Shown here: piece by piece, positions 1-13,900 of the stretch
Numbering within the stretch: position 1 is the stretch's first letter
Layout: each line of letters begins with the position of its first letter
Source: Tubulanus polymorphus
Taxonomy: Eukaryota; Animalia; Nemertea
Assembly: GCF_964204645.1 (NCBI RefSeq)
Contig: NC_134028.1
Span: 7,564,001 to 7,628,000 of the forward strand
DNA: 64,000 bases
Direction: 5' to 3'
Notes under the pieces: model-generated
Told to the model about the DNA's origin: nothing
Database searches by the model: none
What the model saw: only the letters and a program-made list of their open reading frames with translations
Translations under genes and position numbers: made by a program

Positions 1-2175
1 CCGATCTACATTTCATCGTAATCCTTATCAAAATGATCGTATTGATGGTGTAAAAAAAAAATATTTTTAATATATCATAAATTCGTTTTTTTGTCCATGG
101 AGGATTATAATACGAGCGGAAATGAAAACACATTCAAATATTTCTATCGGTTTCGAAGATGAATAGATTGAGAACATTTTCAATTCGTTATTTCTCCGCA
201 CGATTCGTCGATGAAAATAATGCGACTGATAAAATGAACACATTTGCCGCACGCATGAGAAATTGGTACTTCATATTCGCAAAAATCGATTCAAAATGCA
301 CTAATGAACATGCAAGGATCGTATTGGCACAGCTGAATACTGGCCGATTCAAAAAGAAAAATGAGCATCTGTTATTACAATCGGCGGTCAAAATAAATAA
401 GTGTAGTGTGACATAATTGAAACTACGCGCACATTTCAATACTTCACGCCATGTAATTAATAAAAAGTCCAGAAGGACTGGTAGACTGATATGAATCTCA
501 GTATAGTCAACAAGTATAAACCCACAGTTAATATAAAAGCGTTTATTGTATTGACAGTTTCGGAATTTATCTATAAAACTGTGGGATTTTACTTGTCAAA
601 CCCGGGATAGATTCGGACGCCTTTGAAAAAAAGCCTCCACGTTTTTTTTCCGCTTTCTCATTCGGGCTTCAATTAATTTTTGGCGGGGGGGGGGGGGGCA
701 GGGGAACCCGAAAAGGCAGTTCCATGGGATATGACATTGTCACAAAGGGCAATGTTCCAAAATTCCTGTGGGGCCTGTCTCACAGCCTTGCATTTTCGAG
801 GTTATGCTGGAGGGGTAAAGAATATCGAAAAAAAATAACTAACATATTGCAGTCAGTCAGTCATGCTAGCAGTCGATGTGAAAAAACATAGGTGGTTTAG
901 AATTGGCTGGCATTTTCATTCTAAAGCTAGTTGATCATAAATTTAGTACATACCTGTAGCAGTTCGCACATCAATGGGGAGGGAGTTTGTAATGGTTAGG
1001 ATACATAGTAAGCCAATAAGAATTTATGTCACTATCAGTGTTTTCGTTCGGGTCCGGTGAAATCGACGAGCCGCAATAAACATATAAGTTCATCTATATT
1101 GCTCTCTATCGATCGATATGTATGTCTGTGTAATGAGCGACATCCGGGGTGTCGTGTATCCGAACGTCCGGTCTACTGGATTTCCCTCATTCAACGTGTG
1201 GTGTCTGGGTTCGAGAGATCATTTAACGAATTGATCTTTGAAACAAGCACGGCTGCTCGGAGAGAGTATGCCCTCAAAGCTTACGCTTCTTGGTCACGAT
1301 GGAAATAATCTGTAACCGCGTTATCCAAACTAACTTAAACGTATTGAAGCATAGAAATACCCGAGCATTCGAAAACCTTCAGATCATCACTGTATACTCA
1401 TATACTATGCTTTCGGAATTCAAAATTATTCTATTTCGACATTTTCCCATTCATTTCTGAGACGGTTTGATTTCCATTTTTTTTTTCATTGAAATAACGA
1501 AAGAATTCGACTTGTCATATACGACCCAGTCGTCGAAATTCCCCATAGATTTCCGACGAAATCACTGAACAATCTGCCCTTGCGATAAGCAGGAAATTAT
1601 CTAGATGTTTTTGCTGAGTTAATGTTTTATTTAGTAGACAAGTTGCTCTGTTGACTGAAAGAGAGAGAGAGTGTTTATCTATTTCCAGCAACGTGCCCTG
1701 ATGATCTGTGCTGATTGTCCAAACGTTATGTATTAATTCCTACTGTTATCATTGCTATATATATGATAGGCTGCGCATTAGTTCTACGCTCGTAACCAGA
1801 AGATATATTTTTTTCCGATAAAGGAGTGACTATTACCCCCAAGTCTATAAGTCTCGATTCCCGATGTGCAAACAATATTGTGTATATTATCAATTCCGAA
1901 GAGATCAAGGGCTAATGAGAGTGGCATATATAAGGCCTAATTCTACAGTGAAATCTCCAAGGACCAGCATTATCTATAATTCAGTTTATAGCGGCAGGTT
2001 AGTAGTTTGTTGGAAGTCCGCACTTCTTAAATCAGCTTTATTATGAAACATATCATTTGTAGACTTAGTAGAAATATCAATTCGGGAACCTAAAAACCTT
2101 TCTTCAAATTCCCCTGATTCAATGGAGAATCCGCAAACAAAGGATTATTTAGCTTTTGTTTAAATTAAAACGAGG

Positions 2176-2394
2176 ACCCTGTTCCACAGTTGTGAGTTGA
2201 AATTTGATTCAGAGTTAACCCATTGAAAATTAACTGGTCTTTTTCATTTAGAGTTAACTCTAGCTCACATATGTGGAACTGGATCTAGGGTCCAGTCCCA
2301 CAGTTCCGAGTTAAGACTTGACTCTGAGTTAACTCATTGAAAACGAACTAACTTTGACTCAGAGTTAACTCTAACTCACAACTGTGGAACTGGT
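2176..2394. mobile_element. Two tandem copies of a ~110-bp palindromic MITE (GG(A/G)CCCAGTTCCACAGTT...AACTGTGGAACTGG)
   Basis: Imperfect terminal inverted repeats with internal GAGTTAACTC palindromes. A third copy lies at 26143-26259 and a fragment at ~35679. Confidence 0.7.
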
Positions 2395-2459
2395 AGGTCT
2401 TTCAAACCGGACCCAGGTTAGTAGTTTGTTGGAAGTCCGCACAAGTGCAAACAACTGTT

Positions 2460-2770
2460 ATGAAAATAGATGCCAGGCAAGATAAGTACGAAAAATGGTG
2501 CAGCAACCTACACAATACGATCACGAAACATGATGCTGCACTGGATGAACTTACAAAATCAGCTGAATTTGGTAGTGGCAGAATGGATGTATAAAATAGT
2601 TGCCGAAAACAAAACTTTATTAGCAAATCTAAAAAGTGCCGATAAACGTATGGCCTCTCTATCAGCTGAACTGAAGTCTTCAAAAGATGATGTACAAAAC
2701 CTGGAGATTATACTTTGTATGGACCTTCAGAAACAGATGCGACTATCAGCAACACCGGTAGACCCATAAG
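2460..2770 (+). pseudogene. Frameshifted coiled-coil fragment, possibly a decayed LINE ORF1
   Basis: Reading across frameshifts gives MKIDARQDKYEKW...LDELTKSAEF / KIVAENKTLLANLKSADKRMASLSAELKSSKDDVQNLE / LYGPSETD. This is a heptad region followed by an ORF1-like 'LE...hhhYGhxE' remnant. Pattern recognition only. Confidence 0.3.
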
Positions 2771-2802
2771 ATATCACAGAAAACTGCGTTATTGTTTCAG
2801 GA

Positions 2803-2945
<143 letters not shown>

Positions 2946-4611
2946 TTCTAAAGATCGCAAATAAGACTAATTAACAACTGATCAACTCTAATCGTCTATT
3001 CCATGAGCCGCGGATTCAAATCGGGTAGACCAGTGCCGCGACGGGCATCTTTAATTCGATGGAAATACACGTGTATTAAACGTTAAGACAATCCATTACC
3101 CGCAATATCTCGAGTGTAATAAATGATCTGATATGGATTTAACGTTAAGACAAATCGACCGTGCACAAATTTTCCGTAATCCGCTGAGAACGCTATCTGG
3201 ATTAGACATCTCCTCAAACGATGGTATAATCTCGTATAGCGACGTGCACATGCGTCGAAAGACGCCCGAGTATAACTCGCAAGATTTGCGATGCATGGAC
3301 TCGGTTAAAACGCCGGGGATAAATTTCAAGTTGATATACATCGGACTGAAATATTAATCGAGTTCTTCCCGACTTGGCGATATTTATATATACATATACA
3401 TGAATATGTTCAGACCATGTCTGGTAATATCATGGTACCGTTTGAATTTCAATGCTATCACAGTTAAAACCTTGTTGATGTGTTATGTCTTGGACTGTTT
3501 TAAGTTGAAGCACAATAGAAATCCGTGTATCCACAATAATCCAGAATAAAGATCTTGAAATCATTATAGATATAAGATTTTTATCTACTTTTTGATGGCT
3601 GTTATCGTTATGGCTAAATCGTATGATTAGAATGACTTAATGTATAGGATCTTTATTCATCTGGCACCAGTTTCACAGTGAGTGATGTCTTAATCATTAA
3701 GTATGAAAACTCGGATTTTTCAAGGAAATACGACGTTTTTTTCATTTTGGCGTTCCGGCTCCCTCATTTGCATATCAGGAAGTTTACGTTACTGCCCTAA
3801 TCAGCCACTATTCTTAATCGACCTGAGACTAATATAGATTCAGGAGGCGATCGTGAAACTCTCTGCTTTTTCATCGCGATGACGTCATCATTCCGGTGAA
3901 GCAAATGCGAGATTTATACGACAGAACCCAAAAATTCGTTAGTGATCACAGATGGGCGCCAAAGAACAAAAAGTGCTCTGGCAATGAAGTTCCGCTCAAA
4001 AGCGATACCAGATAGACAAATTTGGTATCATTCGAAAGCTTTGCATCTTGGCTTCAGGGAATAATATATTTTATAATAAATCACCAACAATTACGGCTAA
4101 ACGAACAATATGACATCACGTACACTAGGTACGTACCTCGATCGGGCACCGAGTGTATTTTATGTGGCTTCGGTTGAAGTCGGACCGATCGTACGCAGCA
4201 AACAACACGACCTAGCTTGCTCGAAGTTTTCGATTGATATTGAATCTTCGTCCTGAAAGCCAAGCGGAAAACTGATACGATTCTAGGAAATATAATCAGA
4301 AACCAGACAGAACCCTCTTTCAACCTATGCCACTGCGTCGCGTTTTTGTCGATCATATATTCCGCCAGTGTTTCGCAAGGAGTAATGTCTCCGCTGTTTT
4401 TCTTTGTTGAACAATAAAGTAGCCTCGCGTCGCTGGTGGATAATTTGATTACGGGACTTATCGCTAAAATCAAAGGTTATGTTTTATATGCGTGTACATG
4501 CGCGCACGAAACAATCACTCCCCGCGAATACCTGGATGCTCTTTAGTTGCCCCAGACAAAATACCACAGAAAAAGTACATTAAAATGTGTGAATAACATA
4601 ACGAAAATCCA

Positions 4612-5357
4612 GATCCGTCACAGTACGACTTGACATTCATTAAAGTTTCAAGATCGTGTTGTTTATATGACTTACGTACCTACGGAAGAGCATTGCGACC
4701 ATATGGTTTTGTTCCTAAGCCAAAATTTCGACTTATAAACTCGAAATTTTGACTTACTAAGACATTTCAAAATCCCATGAAAAAAAACAAAACAGTTAAA
4801 CTAATACGATGTATTGAATTAGGCAGTCGACAAAATCAACCCCAATCAGAATAACGTGGTAAAAATACGCAATGAATCGCGAGAGACGAGTAGAATATAA
4901 GTCCCACAATCACAGGATCGAAAAAGTTAAAAAATCGAAACTATCAAAATTTATTAAAATCCCGAATTTTCGGTTTTATAATAAAAACCATTTTCAAGAG
5001 TCGCTTGCCGGTTTAGATTGGTTGGAAAATTGTTTAAATTAACCGGAATCGAAATTTCCAAATATGTACTTCGATCAAAATAAAAAATTCGATAAATTCG
5101 ACCGCCGACCAGACCGACCATTCTACCAGACCCGTCTACGGAACGACTTAACATTCATTAAAGTTTCAAGACCATGTTGTTATATGACTAATGTATGTAC
5201 GGAAAAGATTTGCAGCCATATGCTTTCTTGTTGTAAGTCGGAATTTCGAGTTACAAAGTCGAAAGTTCGACTTAATACATCGAATTTTCAAGTCTACAAA
5301 AAGTATATAACTTTCGACTTGGAAACAAAAATCATATTGCTGCATTGCTATTCCGTA
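4612..5357. repeat. Diverged direct repeat (~4612-4760 vs ~5129-5280), including a small TIR element at 5198-5357
   Basis: Both copies share GACTT(G/A)ACATTCATTAAAGTTTCAAGA...TACGGAA. 5198 TACGGAAAAGATTTGCAGCCATATG is roughly the reverse complement of CATATTGCTGCATTGCTATTCCGTA (ends 5357). Internal AAGTCGAAA/TTTCGACT subrepeats are present. Confidence 0.55.
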
Positions 5358-5476
5358 CTAAGGAGACTTTGATAAAGATTTATAAACATAAATTTATTGC
5401 TTTGCCGGTAGGGTATACACGCGTCGTCAAAATGTTTTCGATGTCGTATATGTATATTTACGCTTTGCGAATGATT

Positions 5477-5640
5477 TTCGTAGAGGAGCCGCGTTAACCT
5501 GGTGTAGAATAAATACAACGAGACTAATAGTACTCAATAGTTTCTCATTCACCTGATGAAGCTACTATACATTTGATAGCGAAGGTCTAATAATGAACTA
5601 GTCAACCTACGAAGTAATATTCGTCTTGTTATTTTTATTC
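5477..5640 (-). mobile_element. Penelope-like hammerhead-containing insertion, family 2 (copy 1)
   Basis: The left end TTCGTAGAGGAGCCGCGTTAAC is the reverse complement of the family 3' end. The inverted segment contains CAC-CTGATGA-A-GCTA...TAGC-GAAG (5553-5584). Confidence 0.6.
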
Positions 5641-7819
5641 CACGTGATTCTGTCACCGATCTAGTCGTACGCATTGTTTATTCGCTTCATAGTTTTTACG
5701 AGTGCGTACCATCATCATTCCTACGTAAGCGTTTCGATATGTCTCGAAATTGGTCGTTAATGAAGATATCATATTTATTAGTTCTTACAGTAATCCCGTC
5801 TCTTTCCAGGGTGCTACATGCATTCTCATTGAGTTATAGCCGGCATGCTTTCTATACGATCTCGTTCGATTGCTATCGCGATATTTTAAACGATACTCAA
5901 CAAGACAATCTTTCGTCGTCGACACTTCGCTCTTCGTACTCGTCGTCATCTACTGGATATCTCAATATACAATCTCTCTATTTATATGAATACGTTTCGG
6001 GCAATTTTTTCATATTAGCGATCTGCCGAAACGCTACGATTGCTGTAATTAAGAGCAAATGATGCCCGCTGGAGAAGTATTAATATTTCATTTCTAGCCG
6101 TATTGCGGTGCCTGTGTTGCTTAACTTGTAACGATGCCACCACTCGACGCGTATTTTCTATAAATGAGATACGTTATACATAAACGATTTCTGTTGACGA
6201 GCTTTTTGTAATAGGAATCTTTATACACATATTAATCGAAATAAGGGTTATATACGATCAGTAGAAATAATCAATATAAATTCTTTGAATTAGCCTTGGA
6301 ACATGATAATAGGAGAACGCAAAATAAAACCTCGTGCAAGGATCCTTAAAATCAAGGGCAGATCTACGGGCAGAATGTGACAGACATACGAAGAAATGAA
6401 CGAACTAGGCACGGGTCCGGGGGTGTCGGTGGAGGTCTGGACCTTCCCCCACACAACTACTTAATAATAATAATAACCACTGCAATTTCGAGGTCCCTTA
6501 TTTTCTGAAGAACGATCAAAATGAAGCTTGAACAACTGAAAAAATGTCAATAAAAAGCAAAACCAATAAAACCAGGATGTGATAGGATTATTTAAAAAAT
6601 ATCGGATCAAAAAGTCGACTGAACTCATTAATCCAGTCTATTTGATAAATGACGTAATCCAGTCTATTTGATAAATGGCGGTCCGTTCTAGATGATGAAA
6701 AAACCACTGTATCGGTGGGCAACGAAATCGTGGCGAAGCTAGGAAGAAGGCACCAAATTTAAAGTGGACACCTACCACCAAACAATGGCGTCGTGATTTT
6801 TTAGAAAAACACTTGGCTGGAAGACCGTTTCCAAGTCTCTGCCTATTTGCAAAAAAAAGGATTGAGATACGTAGTTGGATCTACCCAACAACCTGTCGTG
6901 TTAATTGGAGGTTGAATATGGTCTGGAAAATCACTGCGGACAAAAAAAGGTGGCGAGCGTATTCATTTCTATTAACAACGCTAACGCGATCCGACTACAA
7001 TCAATTCAATTGTCGTTTGTCTTTTTGCGGCGCGCAAATATATTCGTTGCCTGTGCGCTTGTTGACGTAAATGAAACCCATACAAACTAATAATTAGCGT
7101 GACCGTTGCTCTGTCGAAACGCTATCTATCATTTGTGCGTATTAATCATCATTACACAGTCGAAATCGGCTCCGACGCCGCAAATTTCTGCCCGAACGTT
7201 TAAACAGCGCGTTGGCTGGCTGTTGTCGACGATTCCCTGATTGCTGTTCGCTGCCGAAATGGAGGTCATTTGTCACGCGCGGGAGTTAAATGAAGTTCTG
7301 ACCCGCGCACACACGAGAAGACCGATGATGCCGGATATATTACCGGACTCGGTACCGGAAGGATATTTTCCGGCCGATATAGTCGATGGAAAGTCGTCTA
7401 ATAACGATGAAAAGTCACGAAATATCATTTTGTGATCATTAGTGCAGACTATACATTATGATATGCACGGATCGGCTGATCAGCAGAAAATGAAATGCAT
7501 TCTTTATACCCGCCGAAAAAGGAATTATGATATAGCGTCATTGCAGATTCAAACTCATTTCGAAAATTGACCTAATTACGTTCAGTTCTCTCATTCTCTA
7601 TATTTGGTAATGATAATGATGATAATTAAAAGAAACATGATCCCTGAAGGAGAAGAATTAAGATAGGCACAAAAACTCAGATATCGAGACTTTCCTATAG
7701 AATGGATAACGAATTTCAAGAAGAAATATCATACACTGAATGAAACAAAAGGTTGTATCGATCTGGAAATTTCAAAAATGGAAAAAATAGAATAGTTAAC
7801 CTTATAATTAACTTTAATC

Positions 7820-8100
7820 AGTCGCTTGCCGGTTCAGACTGGTTGGAAGATTGTTTGAATGAAACGGAACCCAAATGTCTAATTATGTATACTTCGATTT
7901 AAATAGAAAATTCTGTAAACTCGACCGCCGATCACACAACCATATCGGTACTTCGATTTCCGATTTCAAAATCAACCCCTCTGTATCGTTACCGACAGGT
8001 GTGGTGGGTTTGTGGGACACACAACTCTAAACGAACCGAACCAAATCTCCAGAACAAACAAATAACATGGTCTTTCCCTATTTGAAATTAGAAAAAATTA
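7820..8100 (+). repeat. ~300-bp interspersed repeat, family R1
   Basis: GTCGCTTGCCGGTTCAGACTGG...CGACAGGTGTGGTGGG...CCCTATT. A near-full inverted copy lies at ~12640-12915. Partial copies lie at ~4995-5120, ~28880-29010 and ~35915-35955. An adjacent segment at 4885-4990 matches 47365-47465. Confidence 0.8.
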
Positions 8101-10958
8101 TAAGATTTGCCGGTCTTCCATTATAGGCCTAATGTCAAATTATCACTTATTTTTCAGTTCACCCTTTGAGTGATATTGTAGTTATATATAATCAAATGTT
8201 TATTTTCCTTCTCCATGCGTTTATACCTCACTCTTCATTTACCATAAAATCAATCTACATTTTCTTTCTTTCGTCTCGTATTTGCGACATTTGACTTTCC
8301 AGACAGATGAATAATTCCTAGGTACCGGTAACCTTTTCAAAAGCTGCCGAGGCAAATTTTCACGCTGACAGGATTTCTGCGTCAAGCGCGAAATGCTGTC
8401 TATAGTATTTTTAAAATAATTCGTCTACAGAATGCACCCTAGCTAACTGCCGCCGCCGCCGTCAACACTCGGTCGACATCCTCCGGAGACGCCATCACAA
8501 CTTTCACTTTGATTTTCGCCCATTCAAAGTCGGCGCGCATTAATGTAAGCCTGGTCGACTCGATACCATTAACGGATTGATGGCGACGGTCAGTTGTGAT
8601 TAACATCTCTCGTCGCTTCAGGATACAGTTTATATTTTCCATCATCAGGTGTCTGCCTGCGCTTTTTGCATATTACCGAGGTCCTTTGCAGCCTTGCAAG
8701 TGCAATTAAATCTTTGAATCTTTTAAAAGGCTTCAGATTTCACGAATCTCACAGGTGCGAACAAGACAAAGTATAGTCAGAATTAATCACGAATATGTGT
8801 TTTTTTTCTGGTCGTATTATATAACAGCTTACCTTAATTTGTTTTATCCCCATTACGAGTTTTATCTGTCTGACTATGATCCGATTCTGATGACGGCATT
8901 TAGTGACGTTAGTAGACTTGAAGAAGTCAAGATTTTCGGTAAAGATCCCTGGCCCGACCCTTTTGGATTTCTCTATCGTTGGAACTTTCGAAGAATAAAT
9001 ATTCTCTGAGATTACGAAGATATTCTTTATTACTTGGTTATAGACTACAAAACTTGGATAAATCAATCGCCCCCGTGATATCTTTAACAATTTCTTTCTG
9101 TTCATATTGGTAAATTGCGTCTCCGATTTCGGCTGGAATATGTCACAGACGGGCAAGTCGTTGTCCATCAGACAGAAACGAGATGAAACAAGGAAGATGA
9201 TCCGATAAAAATAATATAATCAGACATACACATAATTCTGCAAATCTAATCTTGGTCTTCCAGTTGTTAAACATAAGTGTGATTAAATGTCAGAACGTGA
9301 GGCGTTTAACTTCATTACCGAAAATATTGGAAAAATTCTTTTTTGAAAAGCCCTAGGATTCGTCTGAAAATGTCGACAATTAATCGTCGTCAACTCGGAA
9401 TAAATAAAACTAAAAACGAAATGAGATTAGTTCTATTGCAATCCATTTCCATAAAATCGCTGGCACGGGCGCTCGGAGAGTTATGCTTCTTTCCGCTGAA
9501 AACAATTCATAAAGTATGATATTCTTCGTCTGGTCGCCGATAAAATGTAGTCGTGACCCGAATGCGAACTAGCTCGCAGCCAGCAAAGACATACATGAAG
9601 AGTTGATTTTGATTTACTGGCGATTTCTCGTTAATGCCACACGACGAATAACTATCATCCGATCTACATCTTACAGTTGCGAAAATGATTTCAAACTCGT
9701 AACAAGTGATTTTCAGGATCAGCATGAAATCCCGTACTTAAAAGAGTATCGAGTTTAGCTAAATCCTTACAGACTAAACGAAATAATAGTATGCTACCGT
9801 TTCAAAGGGTTTTCTAAATCTTTAATCAATGGCCAAAGCCTTTTAAAGCATTGAGTATCCACCCGGATTACTCCAATTTGTGGGTTTAATTCGTGTACCT
9901 AATCGCAACAGCTGCGTACGAAACGAACACAACAGTTTATGATCTGAGTTAGGCCTATCTTCAATTTAGTTCTTTGTTTATCACTTCTCGCAACCTAAAA
10001 CAATCAATTTGATACAGATGTAGCTAAAGAGTATAGCGATCGGCGATGACACGCGAAATCCAACTGAAAAGTACGTCTTATCTAGATCCTAAGTCTTATG
10101 GTCTAAAAGGAATTGTATGTCCACGATTTGAAGGGTTATTTTAACGCATTGTTCCCGTGGGTTTCGGTCCGGATTTATACGTCTGATGTAGCGTCGTACG
10201 ACCTTGAAGCATGGATTAAGCTTCCCGTGTCATTTCATGTTCGTAGATGAGAATCAAAAGAAACTGTTTGTGTTCGCACACTGGACGGAAGATGAACCCA
10301 CGCTTGCTAGAAAATGCAGAATCTCAAATCTCCCATTCGACGACGCCGTTTGTCATAAACCGATTAACATATCGACTTTGGTTTATCCAGTAGATGGTGC
10401 ATGGGTCTGAAAACACTTGTAAAACGCCAACTTCGAACATGTGGCGAGGATATAATGTCTGATATGGAGGTACTGCTGTTTTCAGTGGTCACGAGGCATC
10501 CGTCCTATAATACCCAATCATGGGTTAAATAATATGTGATTGTCTGGACCTAGTTGTGGGGCACAAACTGGGTCTTGAAATTCAAAATCTGTTATTTACA
10601 AGTGATTATATATAATTCTTGACTTACAAAAATGATGACGATACTAAATATTCAACTTGTGGCACTGATCCAGACATGAAATTTGGAATCACCCATCGTT
10701 GAGCGTATTTACCTGATTCGCAAAAGCTGTCGGAAATTGAAGCAGTATTGGCGTTTTTTTAACGGTTCACGTTCGATCAGTTAAACAGAAAAACGTGACG
10801 CGCTGTAGGTTTCTAGCTATAGCTATAACAGTGTGGCAAAAAACACCACGAAGTAAGTACGGCGACCTGAACTGTGAGTGAAAGCTGCGAATTCAGCGGT
10901 ATCAATCGCGTTATTCTAATCATCAATTTATCATCGATTTTGTGGATAACAAAACAAA

Positions 10959-13900
10959 ATGCGGAAAACGTATACGGCTTCGAAATTTCTGTTCCAAAAC
11001 GGAAGGCGTAAGTATATTCATATATATGAATTATATTTGTAGCAGGGGCAGATCTAGAAATTTAGAATAGGGGCCCCTAAACTAACTTGTATATAATACA
11101 TGAACAGCGAGGCCCGTAGGCGCGGATCCAGGATTTTTTCCAGGGATTTTTTTCATGAAGAATGGTGATGTTCAACCGCCGACAAATCTCTGATAGGGGG
11201 CCTATACGGCATATTGTTTGGCCAAACATAAGATGATATGGTACCGACCATGTAGCACTGTTCGCCCGTTTTGTCTTGAGTAAATTCATTCAAGACAACG
11301 ATTAAAGAATTTTTGGTAGCTGAGCAGGGGGGTCAAGACCGATGAATCCCCCCTGGATCCGCGCCTGCATTTAATGAGCATCTAGAGTGATTCTAAAACA
11401 AGATTACCTGCAATTATTTACTGTTTGTGTTACATTTTAGCCAGGTTATAACTATGTGATCTTGGCACATAATATGGGTTCTTGCCCCATACTCTCCCTT
11501 TAGATTTGCTTCAACCTAGGCTTATATTAGTTCGTATCCAAGAAGGGTCCATCCAGGCGGTACTGTTCTATTCACTTAGAATGAAAAGATGCGGTCATTT
11601 GTGACCACATCACTGAGATCGGCACGAAATAAGATTTTTTCCGGGTAACTGCTTGTACAACGGTTGTGACTAATTTCACTTATCTTACTAATGTAATTTA
11701 TCGAATAGGATCGATAAGGTACATAGAGTATATGGCCATAGATTTTTTGCACTGGATGCGTGTACTTAGTAACGTGAATTGTGAAAAAAATACATATCTC
11801 TATAATGCTTATATAGTAACACTAGAATATCAAACATATGTTGCTGCAGAAGAGCACTTGATACCTGGGACCCTCCCTTACACTTATTTGATACTCACTA
11901 CACCCGTCCAACAGATGGCACTTTCCTCATATCAAAGTAATAACACCGATCTTATCGTCAATTTTAGACCTTAAAAGTAGCTCATATAGAGGAAATCCGA
12001 ATATGTACCTTGAGCCAAAAACATCACGATTATTCAAATGAAAACCGAAACCGATTGATTCTGAATAAAACATAGCGTAATTACGCAATTGACCATTCAA
12101 ATTCTTACTATTCGTCGATTCAATTTGAATTTGAAATAAAGCGCCGCATCTGCTGTTATTTGCAAAGGAAACTTCATTTGAATACCAGTAATTCCATTAA
12201 GTTCTATGCTTTGTTTACGTTAGACAAAAAGCAGAATTATTTATATGACTGATAATGAATACGTAGATATCTGACGCTACTTTTGCACGCGTATCTTCGG
12301 CGATAAAAATCATTTTCTGCGATACGCTAATTCAGTGACATAGATCGTTAACTGGCGTTCGCGCGGGCAAAATGGCATTCTACGAAATGAGCAAAACTAG
12401 AAGGCAGATATTTCGGCAGCTGGCAGGTAGGTTGGCTACGTCTAAAAAACGTTTTGGTGCATATTCAGGAAATTAGCAACGATGCCAGAATAATATGTAT
12501 ATCTGATTGATTTTGACTGATTAATTATGAAAATAAGTATCACGCGGATATGGATAATCAGAATCAATTTTCTTAAAATTCAAAAATAAGATTTTCTTAC
12601 TAGACAAAAGATCAATTGTACAATTTAAGTCTTTTGAAAAGACATTGTTTTTTTAATCTTAGAATAGGGAATTTCCCTGTTATTTATTTGGCTGGTAAAT
12701 TTCGTTTGATTTTTTGATTGAGTGTCCCATACAGACCCACCACACCTGTCGGGAGCGAAACAGGGGGTTTGATTTTGAAATCGGAAATCGAAGTACAAAT
12801 ATAGTTGTGTGATCGGCGGTCGAATTTTTTTTTTAATCGAAGTACATAATTGGAAATTCGGTTCCGGTTCATTCAAACAATCTTCCATTCCAGTCTGAAC
12901 CGGCAAGCAACTGATTGGGGTGAATTTTCTTGGCTGCCTAATTTAATACATCCAGATTTTGGAAATAGCAATATTACAAGGTTGAAGATCATTTTGTCCA
13001 TTTCTTTATTTTTTGGGTCGTTTTCTACGTGTAAATAGTCCGATAGTTTATTGTAGTTATTTTTTCGGGTAGATGTTGATGTAGAAGTCCTATAAGTTGA
13101 TGTTAGCATTATTGTAATCGATATGCATCGGACATCGGGTCCATCTTTTGGTTGAAAAGCTAGATCTAATTTTTTTCTCGCGTGAATAGACCCTATTATA
13201 CATGTACATCTGTATTTTGAATTTACGGGTACAGGGTAGAGGTAATTTCAAAGGTTTGTTTTTCGGACCCTTTTCGAAATCCCACAAGCACAAATCAATC
13301 GTATATATATACTATTTACGTTTGCAAGGCAGAAGCCGACATTAATCACTGTTTTTGCCATTTTTGAAGTTGCGGATTGTACAGGGGTAGATCAAGGGTC
13401 AAAGGAAAAGGGGTGTCTGCTTCCGCTTAAGAAATTTAGGGCCTTTTTCTAAGCTTCCAGCAATTTTGTTGTTCCACAAACGCAATGATTTTTATAGGAT
13501 CTTCTAGAATTAATAAAACATCTAACTGCCATAACAAAATTTTGATACTTTTCCGTTTTTTAACCTAGATTTTGATCATTCTACGGAGAATATTCAGTCC
13601 GGAATATCGGCGGATGGAATCTAAGGGGCCTTAAAATTTCAGGGGGGAGGGGCCGGGACCACTGCGGACACCCCCTGGATCCACCATACTGTGAAGCGGA
13701 GAGGGGAGATTTTCCGAATGATTCTACTTAAGCCCTACATAGAATAAACAAAACTTCGATATTTCTCAGCTAAATCTTGATCTGTGCGGGTCATGGATAG
13801 AAAATTTTATGATTATTTGCATGAATCGAGAGCGGAATGAGCGATCGAGGCTCGGAGTTAAATAAAAATATTCTATTACACTGACAGTTTTGCGACTGAA

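Noticed and set aside
6690-7440. Moderately GC-rich stretch with short ORFs
   Set aside because: Every frame is interrupted by stops, and I found no recognisable motif or consistent splice model.
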